From Cylindrospermopsis raciborskii Cr2010 (GTDB taxonomy: Bacteria > Cyanobacteriota > Cyanobacteriia > Cyanobacteriales > Nostocaceae), in NCBI RefSeq assembly GCF_003367075.2, contig NZ_CP065936.1:1020001-1052000 (forward strand): a DNA stretch of 32,000 nt, read 5' to 3'. How positions within the stretch are numbered: position 1 is the stretch's first letter; each line of letters opens with the position of its first letter. Position numbers and translations under genes: made by a program. The notes under the pieces are model-generated. The model had not been told where the DNA came from and ran no database searches. It worked only from the letters and a program-made list of their open reading frames with translations. Shown here piece after piece: positions 1-7,571 of this stretch.

Positions 1-1182
1 ACTGGGAGAATTCGTTTGGTACAAGAAAGACGGGATCAATTTGGATTTTTAGTTTTTTTACCAGTGGATGATCCACAGTCTAAAGAGAAGATGACATTGC
101 CAATTAGGGGAGTTTTAATAGGTGTGTTTCGGTTGTCAGACGTAGTTGAAGAGTCCCTGAAAAACTTGCGATATAGCATTAACTTTATCATCCAAGATCA
201 GGATGCAAAGTCAGGAGAAAAATTTCTGGGTCAGTATGACGCCACCCGTAAAACAGTTGTCAACCAATCCATACCAGTCACCAGAAATATCTATCACTAT
301 TTTTTATGTTCCGATCCTCAAGTGTGTCAGAAAACTCTCAAAATGGGGCAACGAAAATGGAGGATTGAATTTTATCCATCACCAGATTATCCTGTAGAAC
401 AACCCTACACCACTTTTGCCACTCTTATTATAGGATGTTTAATAACCAGTAGCCTGGTATTTTTCTTATATATTTTAAATCGAGATTTAGAAAAAACTAT
501 AACTTTAAGTGAATTGAGATTTCGTTTTTTTTCCATGGCTTCCCATGAATTAAGAACTCCCTTGAGCACCATTTTATTATCTAGTGAAAGCCTGCAAATT
601 AACTATGATCACCTGACAGAAACACAAAAACAATTTAATATTCAGCGTATTAACCTAACTGCTCGACAAATGAGCAGGCACATTAATGATTTATTACTTT
701 TAAACAGATCCGAATTTCAAGAGTTAGAATTTCAACCTGAGATATTTAATTTAAAAGATTTTTGTCAGAAAATCATAGCAGAAATCCAGTTAACTACCGA
801 TCACCCTATTGAGTTAGAATTTTCTCCTAAATTAACCCAAGTATTCTTAGATAAAAAATTGCTTCGTTCTATTCTAATTAATCTTCTAGATAATGCCATT
901 AAATATTCCCCAAGTGCAATTCCAGTCCAACTGAGAATTACCCGAGAGGAAAAAAAAATTATTTGGCAAATTCAAGACTCTGGTATTGGCATTTCTCCCG
1001 ATGATAAACCTCATATCTATAACCCATTTTATCGAGGTAGTAATGTGGGAGAAATTGGGGGTACTGGATTGGGTCTAGCTATTGTCAGAGCTTGTATACA
1101 AAGACATAAGGGTGAATGGAAAATTGAAAGTGAACTAGGTCAAGGAACAGTGGTTATAGTGAAATTACCAATTTTTGAGTAG
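1..1182 (+). CDS. sensor histidine kinase, 5' end probably outside the window
   Basis: Frame 1 is open from nt 1; the track start at 16 is only a TTG. There is a TM segment (TTFATLIIGCLITSSLVFFLYIL) after an N-terminal extracytoplasmic-looking region. Kinase motifs: H-box FFSMASHELRTPL, N-box LINLLDNAIKYS, G-boxes IQDSGIGI and GGTGLGLAIV. Confidence 0.85.
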   Translation, partial: TGRIRLVQERRDQFGFLVFLPVDDPQSKEKMTLPIRGVLIGVFRLSDVVEESLKNLRYSINFIIQDQDAKSGEKFLGQYDATRKTVVNQSIPVTRNIYHYFLCSDPQVCQKTLKMGQRKWRIEFYPSPDYPVEQPYTTFATLIIGCLITSSLVFFLYILNRDLEKTITLSELRFRFFSMASHELRTPLSTILLSSESLQINYDHLTETQKQFNIQRINLTARQMSRHINDLLLLNRSEFQELEFQPEIFNLKDFCQKIIAEIQLTTDHPIELEFSPKLTQVFLDKKLLRSILINLLDNAIKYSPSAIPVQLRITREEKKIIWQIQDSGIGISPDDKPHIYNPFYRGSNVGEIGGTGLGLAIVRACIQRHKGEWKIESELGQGTVVIVKLPIFE

Positions 1183-1187
1183 ATCAC

Positions 1188-1568
1188 TTATTGATGACAT
1201 AATTGATCATACTTTCGCCATCCACCATAAATAGTAATTTCTTTTTGTCCTGCTACTAAAAAAGGCTCTGCTAACACTCCTAAAACTACTTTTTTATCAT
1301 CCAACTCAATTTTACCCACACACAACCCTGGTGGTTCTTGTATTAAAATATCAGCAATTCCCCCTAAAGGAACTTGCCAAATCTCCACACTAATAGATTT
1401 ACCTCCTTCCACATCACGAAGCATTCCCGGATATTGATCCTTAATTGACCATAGACGATAGCAGGGTGCTGTGAAAGATTCTCGGTCAAAAACCGCACCC
1501 ACGTTCAGCAAATTATTATTTAATTTTAGTCCCCTCATTAGAGTACCATTTACAGCAAATTCAATCAT
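1188..1568 (-). CDS. small gamma-glutamylcyclotransferase / AIG2-like protein (resembles the allophanate hydrolase C-terminal domain)
   Basis: N-terminus MIEFAVNGTLMRG...YRLW...YPGM fits the remembered GGCT/AIG2-like pattern. ATG at 1568 lies 1 nt after the permease stop; an alternative GTG at 1580 is the track start. It is the last gene of the ABC operon. Confidence 0.45.
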   Translation of the reverse strand: MIEFAVNGTLMRGLKLNNNLLNVGAVFDRESFTAPCYRLWSIKDQYPGMLRDVEGGKSISVEIWQVPLGGIADILIQEPPGLCVGKIELDDKKVVLGVLAEPFLVAGQKEITIYGGWRKYDQLCHQ

Positions 1569-1569
1569 A

Positions 1570-2379
1570 TTACTTACCACTCCAGTGTATCAGACGCTTT
1601 TCTAGTCCTAAAAATAGCATGTTCAGCAGGTAGCCTAAACTCCCTGTAATTAAAATTGATGCGTACATGTCCCGAACATTTAAAATCTGTTGAGCATCAA
1701 TAATGCGCTTTCCTAATCCTTGTTGACTACCAATAAACATCTCAGAAACAATCACAATCACAAGAGCAATACTAATTCCACTGCGCAGACCAATAAAAGT
1801 TTGTGGTAAACTCTCCAACAATAATACATCCTTGAAAATTTGCCAACGATTTGCTCCCATAACCCTAGCAGCTAAAATTCGAGATTGTTTGGCATGAATT
1901 ACTCCGTAAGCACTATTGAAAACAATTAATAAAAAAGCACTAAATCCAGCAATTACCACCTTAGAAAAATCACTAATGCCAAAAAAGAGAATAAACAAGG
2001 GAATCAATGCACTAGCAGGTGTAGACCTAAAAAACTCAATTAAAAACTCCACACTACGATAGATTTTTTCAGAGCTTCCCAATCCCACACCTAGGGGAAT
2101 GCCAAATAAGGTAGCTAGGAAAAAGGCACTAAATGTTCGTAAAACTGTGGTAGCTAAATCAGAGAACATGGAACCACCAAACAATCCCTCAATCAAGGTT
2201 TGGACTGTTGCTAAAGGAGTTGGTAGCAAAACAGGATTAACAAATCCCGATACAGCAATAAACCACCACAATCCAAAAAACAATAGAACACCAGTTAAAG
2301 GTAAACAACGGTTCAGGATTAAATCCAGGTTTAAAACTTGGTTTGAATTTTTGTTCTTGATGGAAAATGGGAAATTCAT
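1570..2379 (-). CDS. ABC transporter permease, NitT/TauT (SsuC/TauC-like) family
   Basis: Multiple hydrophobic helices and an EAA-type loop (ILAARVMGANRWQIFKDVLLLESLP). The ATG at 2379 forms an ATGA overlap with the upstream ATPase stop (2376-2378), so I prefer it to the track start at 2412. Confidence 0.85.
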   Translation of the reverse strand: MNFPFSIKNKNSNQVLNLDLILNRCLPLTGVLLFFGLWWFIAVSGFVNPVLLPTPLATVQTLIEGLFGGSMFSDLATTVLRTFSAFFLATLFGIPLGVGLGSSEKIYRSVEFLIEFFRSTPASALIPLFILFFGISDFSKVVIAGFSAFLLIVFNSAYGVIHAKQSRILAARVMGANRWQIFKDVLLLESLPQTFIGLRSGISIALVIVIVSEMFIGSQQGLGKRIIDAQQILNVRDMYASILITGSLGYLLNMLFLGLEKRLIHWSGK

Positions 2380-3176
2380 TTTTGCATTTCCTGACGAAAA
2401 ATATCTAAACAATAACGACTGACTTCTACAAATTTATGAGAAGTTAGAGTTTCAGGTGTGCGAGGTCGAGGAGCATCAAAGGTCACCATTTCAACTACCC
2501 GGGTTGGACGTTTACTTAGTAATAAAATCTTATCAGCCAAAAAGATAGCCTCTTCTAGGTTATGTACAACCATCAACATAGGAATGGTGGTGGCCATAAA
2601 AATCTCTTGCAATTTATCCCGTACAAATAACGTAGTTTCAAAGTCTAAAGCTGAAAAGGGTTCATCTAAAAATAGCACCTCCGGTTGAGCAACTAACGCT
2701 CTGAGAATTGAAACTAACTGCTGCTGTCCACCAGAAAAACTATAGGGATATCGTTTTAGATCTAAGCAAATATTGAAAGTCTCAATTAAATGCTCTACAG
2801 AATGACGACACTCCCGTTCAGAAATACCTTTAACACGAAGTGGATAGGCAATATTATCGTAAGCACTCATCCAGGGAAAAAGAGAGTCTCGGTAATTTTG
2901 AAATACATAGCCAATCCGAGTCCGCTGAATGGGTTTACCATGGATTTTGATTTCACCTTGATCCACCGGAATTAAACCACTCATCATATTGATTAAAGTA
3001 GATTTACCACACCCATTAGGACCAAAAATCGAGACTAATTGATGATTGGCTAGGTTGAGATCAAAGTTTTTGTATACAGGTTGCCCAGCAAAGGACTTAC
3101 ACAACCCTTTGACCGTGATAAATTCTTCCGATTTTGCTGTCTTTGTCTGTAGAAGTGAATCCATGATTATCTTCAA
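2376..3176 (-). CDS. ABC transporter ATP-binding protein (NitT/TauT family)
   Basis: Walker A GPNGCGKST, signature FSGGQQQ, Walker B VLFLDEPFSALD, H-loop VVHNL. Confidence 0.9.
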   Translation of the reverse strand: MKIIMDSLLQTKTAKSEEFITVKGLCKSFAGQPVYKNFDLNLANHQLVSIFGPNGCGKSTLINMMSGLIPVDQGEIKIHGKPIQRTRIGYVFQNYRDSLFPWMSAYDNIAYPLRVKGISERECRHSVEHLIETFNICLDLKRYPYSFSGGQQQLVSILRALVAQPEVLFLDEPFSALDFETTLFVRDKLQEIFMATTIPMLMVVHNLEEAIFLADKILLLSKRPTRVVEMVTFDAPRPRTPETLTSHKFVEVSRYCLDIFRQEMQK

Positions 3177-3225
3177 TTATTGCTGAATAATGGCTTTAGC
3201 CAGAATGGGTTGATGGCGTGAATCC

Positions 3226-4230
3226 TTACGAATTTTTATATAACAGATTACTCACATCTACTTTTTTGGAAAAGACTTTTTTATCAGTCATAAAATCGAA
3301 GAATTTTTGGAAGTAGTTAATATCCTCAGCGGTAAATTCATCATACATGGTGTAGGTAATTAGTGGCACTTTTTGTACTAAGTCCCCAGAGATGGCTGTA
3401 TATCCAACTAAGTATTGTCGCACTGCATCCGGTTGGTTTTTAATATCCGCAATAGCTCGACGATAAGCTTGTATATAAGATTGGGTAGACTTGGGATAGG
3501 TTTGCAAAAATTGAGTGCTTAAAACCGCCGCACCACCAAACCAGGGTGCTTTAGGATCTCCTAGGATATATTTCGACACCACACCATTTTCTAAAATTCT
3601 GGTGATACCTTTCATATCCCCAACCGTACCTGTAGGTTCTAAAGTATAAGCAGCATCTATTTGTCCTGATTCAATTGCTGCTACGTGTTGGCGTATCTCT
3701 AACTGTTGGATTTCTGGTTTTTCAACCCCTGCTGCGGCTAAAATAGCTTGAGCAATGGCTAGATTTTGCGCTCCCGGTCCTGTGGCAAACTTTTTATTTT
3801 TTAAATCGGCAACAGATTTAATAGGGCTGTTTTTACCAACCACAACTTGATCTAGTTTATAATCCACATTACTGGGATTAGCTGCAATAATTTTAAACAG
3901 ACCCGGTGAAGTAATTTCAGACAGGCCCAATACACCACTGGCCACTCCATTACCCGTACCCTGTAATCTACTAGCAATTAAAGCCTCAGCTACTTGATTG
4001 GGAGAAGCAAATTGAGCTACTTCCACGTTGAGACCCGCTTCTTTAAAGTAGCCTTTTTTATCCGCTACAAATAAGGGTAACCCAGAAGCTACAGGCCAAA
4101 ACCCAATGGTGATTTTACCAGGATTCTCACTAGTATCCGGGGTGGATTTGGAATTCCCTTGGGTACAACCATGGGTCGCAAGTGCTAAGGTAGCACCACC
4201 ACCCAGATAAAGTAAGTGTCTTCTGCGCAT
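3226..4230 (-). CDS. ABC transporter substrate-binding lipoprotein, NMT1/SsuA-like
   Basis: Signal peptide with lipobox (LALATHGC). The KITIGFWPVASGLPLFVADKKGYFKEAGLNVEV motif is paralogous to the NrtA and NrtC-C-terminal motifs in this same window. It is the first gene of the minus-strand operon. Confidence 0.8.
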   Translation of the reverse strand: MRRRHLLYLGGGATLALATHGCTQGNSKSTPDTSENPGKITIGFWPVASGLPLFVADKKGYFKEAGLNVEVAQFASPNQVAEALIASRLQGTGNGVASGVLGLSEITSPGLFKIIAANPSNVDYKLDQVVVGKNSPIKSVADLKNKKFATGPGAQNLAIAQAILAAAGVEKPEIQQLEIRQHVAAIESGQIDAAYTLEPTGTVGDMKGITRILENGVVSKYILGDPKAPWFGGAAVLSTQFLQTYPKSTQSYIQAYRRAIADIKNQPDAVRQYLVGYTAISGDLVQKVPLITYTMYDEFTAEDINYFQKFFDFMTDKKVFSKKVDVSNLLYKNS

Positions 4231-4588
4231 TGCTTTTGATTTCTATGATGTGTTGATGAAGTCAATATTACAAGGTTAGGGTAAATATTTAGGGGAGATT
4301 TGGTGGAGAAATCGGGGAAAATGTCATCTTTTGGTAACAACATGGTTATTCCGTATTATTATTTATTCTAAACGTTTAGCACTCCTCCAAGATTTCCCAT
4401 AAGCCAAAGGTGAGATAAAGGATACTTTTGGTTGAGTTGAATTAGTTCCGGTGTTAACTCAAGGCGACGAATATTTGTTTGACCATGCTAGAATCATAAG
4501 CAGTCAGTTTATTTTAATTCTAGATGACCAATCAGTTTTATACGATAAAAGACAAGACCAAATAAATAAAGTTACAAGCGCAATTAAT

Positions 4589-4644
4589 TTGTCAACTTGT
4601 ATAGATTAATAATATATACTACACACACAATATTGTGGTATGAT
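4589..4644 (+). promoter_or_regulatory. candidate sigma70-type promoter (TTGTCA-N17/18-TATATA) followed by a perfect 12-bp palindrome, CACAATATTGTG
   Basis: TTGTCA at 4589-4594, TATATA at 4613-4618, palindrome at 4626-4637, about 35 nt upstream of the ATG at 4671. Found by eye only. Confidence 0.3.
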
Positions 4645-4670
4645 CGAAAGGTGAAACCTGGGGGAATATT

Positions 4671-4859
4671 ATGAACAGAGAACTAGAAGCTCAAGAGTCA
4701 AAAATTCAGGATGTACAAGCACCAATTACTGCTGCATCACCGGAAGTAAAACAGATAATAGAAAAAGTGTGTAGATTAGAAAAATCGCGACTGGCCAGAA
4801 AAAGCAAGGGTGCAGTTAATGAAGACATTTTAGCAATAATTAAAGAAGCGGTAAAATAA
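4671..4859 (+). CDS. 62-aa Lys/Glu-rich, probably helical small protein; first gene of the dnd-associated cassette
   Basis: ATG-initiated ORF ending 11 nt before the next start, co-directional with it. No recognisable motif. I vaguely recall a public family named 'DNA modification system-associated small protein' but cannot verify membership. Confidence 0.5.
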   Translation: MNRELEAQESKIQDVQAPITAASPEVKQIIEKVCRLEKSRLARKSKGAVNEDILAIIKEAVK

Positions 4860-4870
4860 GTAGTGTAGCA

Positions 4871-6940
4871 ATGAAACTAACTTCGATTAAATTTTGTAAT
4901 TTTCGTTCCTTTTATGGACAAACACCAGAAATTGCCATAGCAGGTGGAGAGTTTCAGAATACCACCATAATTCATGGTAATAATGGTGCGGGAAAAACCA
5001 GTTTATTAAATGGATTTACCTGGGTGCTATATGAAAAATTTACAGCTGCTTTCGCGGTGACAGAGCAGCTGGTTAATAAACGTGCGATTTCAGAAGTAGG
5101 AGAGGATCAAGCTGTAGAATGTTGGGTAGAAGTAGGTTGGGAACATGAAGGAGTTCGCTACCGGGCAAAACGTAACTGTCGGGTTTATAAAAATCCCACT
5201 AGTATTGATGCTACCAAAACTAAATTAACAATTCAAATTGTGGGGGATGATGGCAAGTGGTATTTTCCCATTGAACAACCGGAGGAAATAATCAATAATA
5301 TATTGCCTGTAAGTTTACATCAATACTTCTTTTTTGATGGAGAAAGAATAGAAGAAATTGTCCGCTCTGATAAAAAAGCTGAAATTGCTGAAGCCACGGA
5401 AATATTTTTAGGTGTTAAGGTAATTGATCTGGCGACAAAACATTTAAAGGAGGCTAAAAAAACTTTAGATAGTGAATTGGCAGCTATTGGAGATGCGGAA
5501 ACTAAACAATTATTAAAACAGCAAAGTAAACTAGAAAAAGAAATTAGTAAAATTTCCCAAAGACAAACGGAAATAGCTGAAGATTTAGAAAGTCAACAAG
5601 TTTTTAAAAAAGATATCAGCGCCAGATTGGTAGAATTAAGTTCAGTTAGGGATTTACAAGAAAGAAGGGAAAGGCTAGAAAATCAAAAACGCAATAATTA
5701 TGATGAATTAAAAAAAACTAAAGAGGGTTTGAAAAAAGCTATTTCCAAACAGGCATACACATTATTATTAAGTGAGACAACAGTTAAATTCAGACAGATT
5801 ATTGTTGCTTTTAAACAGCGCGGGCAATTAAAATCTGGTATTTCCAGAGAATTTGTCAGCGAACTGATGAAAAGTGGTAGGTGTATTTGTGGCGCAGAAT
5901 TAAAAGAAGGAGGGAATGGACATTTTCACGTTAAATCACTGTTGAGAAAAACCGGATCTTCTTCCGTGGAAGAAACTGCAATTAGAATGGGAGCGCAAAT
6001 AGATGATCTGGAAAAACAAGCTCAATTATTTTTAGAGATGATCAATCGAGAACAACAAAGAATCTATCAGTTAAAGACATCACTTTCTGACATAGAGATG
6101 AATTTAGATAGCATTGAGGAGATTTTGCGGAAAGACCCAAATGAAGACATTAGCGGTTTACAAAAGAGATTGGATGAAATAGAAGCAAGAATTGACGATT
6201 TAAATCGGGAGCAAGGAGCAAACCAAAAAGAAATTTCTCACCTCAATACAGAAATTGATATTGTAGTCAAACAAATTGCCAAGCAAAAACAAAATGAAGG
6301 AAGACAGATTTTGGCACAGCGTCGAATTATTGCTACCCAAGATGCTATTGACATATTAACTGAAGTGAAAAATAGACAAGAAAAGCAATTTAGATTGCAA
6401 TTAGAAAAAAGAGTGCAAGAAATATTCTCAGAAATTTCCGTTACACCATATATTCCCAAAATTAGCGAAAAATATGAACTGACCTTAGTAGAGAATACAA
6501 CCGGAATAGAAGCTGCTGTTGCAGCATCTACCGGGGAAAATCAAATTCTGAGTTTATCATTTATCGCCAGTATTATTGATAAAGTAAGGGAATGGAGTGA
6601 AAAGAAAAAAATCATGATGGTTCCCGATAGTAGTACCTTCCCCATAGTAATGGACTCACCCTTTGGCAGTTTAGATGCTAACTCTCGTCGTCATATTGCA
6701 CAAACCATTCCCAAGTTGGCAAATCAGTTAGTAGTGCTGGTGACTAAGACCCAATGGAGAGAGGAAGTTGAGTCCGAGATTATGGAGCGAATTGGTAAGG
6801 AATATGTGTTGACCTATTATTCTTCTAAAACCAACTGTGAAGAGGACTTTTTGCAAATAGGTAGGGAGAAGTATTACCTAACTCGTCAAAGTTCTAATGG
6901 TTTCGAGTACAGTGAAATTGTAGAAGTAGAAAGGAGTTAA
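4871..6940 (+). CDS. SMC/Rad50-like ABC ATPase, paralogue of DndD (second copy in the locus)
   Basis: Walker A HGNNGAGKTS. YFFFDGERIEEI matches DndD LFLFDGEQVKEL. A K/E/Q-rich coiled-coil region spans about aa 190-520. Signature STGENQILSLSF matches DndD SAGEKQLLAIAF. Walker B/D-loop FPIVMDSPFGSLD matches DndD LPVAIDTPLGRLD. Confidence 0.85.
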   Translation: MKLTSIKFCNFRSFYGQTPEIAIAGGEFQNTTIIHGNNGAGKTSLLNGFTWVLYEKFTAAFAVTEQLVNKRAISEVGEDQAVECWVEVGWEHEGVRYRAKRNCRVYKNPTSIDATKTKLTIQIVGDDGKWYFPIEQPEEIINNILPVSLHQYFFFDGERIEEIVRSDKKAEIAEATEIFLGVKVIDLATKHLKEAKKTLDSELAAIGDAETKQLLKQQSKLEKEISKISQRQTEIAEDLESQQVFKKDISARLVELSSVRDLQERRERLENQKRNNYDELKKTKEGLKKAISKQAYTLLLSETTVKFRQIIVAFKQRGQLKSGISREFVSELMKSGRCICGAELKEGGNGHFHVKSLLRKTGSSSVEETAIRMGAQIDDLEKQAQLFLEMINREQQRIYQLKTSLSDIEMNLDSIEEILRKDPNEDISGLQKRLDEIEARIDDLNREQGANQKEISHLNTEIDIVVKQIAKQKQNEGRQILAQRRIIATQDAIDILTEVKNRQEKQFRLQLEKRVQEIFSEISVTPYIPKISEKYELTLVENTTGIEAAVAASTGENQILSLSFIASIIDKVREWSEKKKIMMVPDSSTFPIVMDSPFGSLDANSRRHIAQTIPKLANQLVVLVTKTQWREEVESEIMERIGKEYVLTYYSSKTNCEEDFLQIGREKYYLTRQSSNGFEYSEIVEVERS

Positions 6941-6953
6941 TTTTTTTCTGGTT

Positions 6954-7427
6954 ATGGCTGAAACTAGTAGAATTAGAATTGCTGGGGATAAAGCCGATTT
7001 TGTCAAGGCTTTGGTTGCTAATGATGGGGCCCAGGGTCCCTTTCAGACCTTTGCTGATGTGATTGCTTTTGCTGCTGCTTTAGGTATTAAATATCAGAAG
7101 CGTATTCCATTTGAAGAAATCTCTAAAAGGGATCCTTCTCCCATCAGATTAGAGGTTTTTGCAACATCAGGATATGATGTGTTGATCAAATTACTGGCAA
7201 TTGTAGAAACGGAGAACATTCAACTTTTATCACCTAATAATGACGAAGAAGAAAAACAACGTAATCAAATTTTTGAAGAATATGCTAATGGAGGGTTAGA
7301 GATTTTAGAGACTCAAATCAGAGGATCCGTCGATTATACGGAGAGAATTCTATTGTTTTTACAGCGTGAACATCAAACAATTGATGGGGAAGATGGAGAA
7401 TTTGATCTCTCTAGATTTTTATCCTAG
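6954..7427 (+). CDS. 157-aa dnd-locus-associated protein of unknown function
   Basis: Starts 13 nt after the ATPase stop on the same strand. No catalytic motif is visible. It resembles my memory of the family annotated as 'dnd system-associated protein 4' (FADVIAFAAALG ... IFEEYANGGL), unverified. Confidence 0.55.
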   Translation: MAETSRIRIAGDKADFVKALVANDGAQGPFQTFADVIAFAAALGIKYQKRIPFEEISKRDPSPIRLEVFATSGYDVLIKLLAIVETENIQLLSPNNDEEEKQRNQIFEEYANGGLEILETQIRGSVDYTERILLFLQREHQTIDGEDGEFDLSRFLS

Positions 7428-7440
7428 TCTCCCCCATTTG

Positions 7441-7535
7441 TAATCTAAGTGGGTGATTGGAATTAAATATAAGATGAACGTAGAACGTAGGTTGGGTTGA
7501 AGTATGAAACCCAACACCCCCATGGGTTACCCTAC
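7441..7535. repeat. dispersed ~90-bp repeat, copy 1 (inverted relative to copy 2 at 31861-31945)
   Basis: The reverse complement aligns almost base-for-base with 31861-31945. It contains the hairpin GTTGGGTT-N9-AACCCAAC. Copy 1 carries an extra tandem 7-mer (aacgtag aacgtag). Confidence 0.85.
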
Positions 7536-7571
7536 CGCTAACCCATCCTACAAATAATTACGCCTCCCTAC

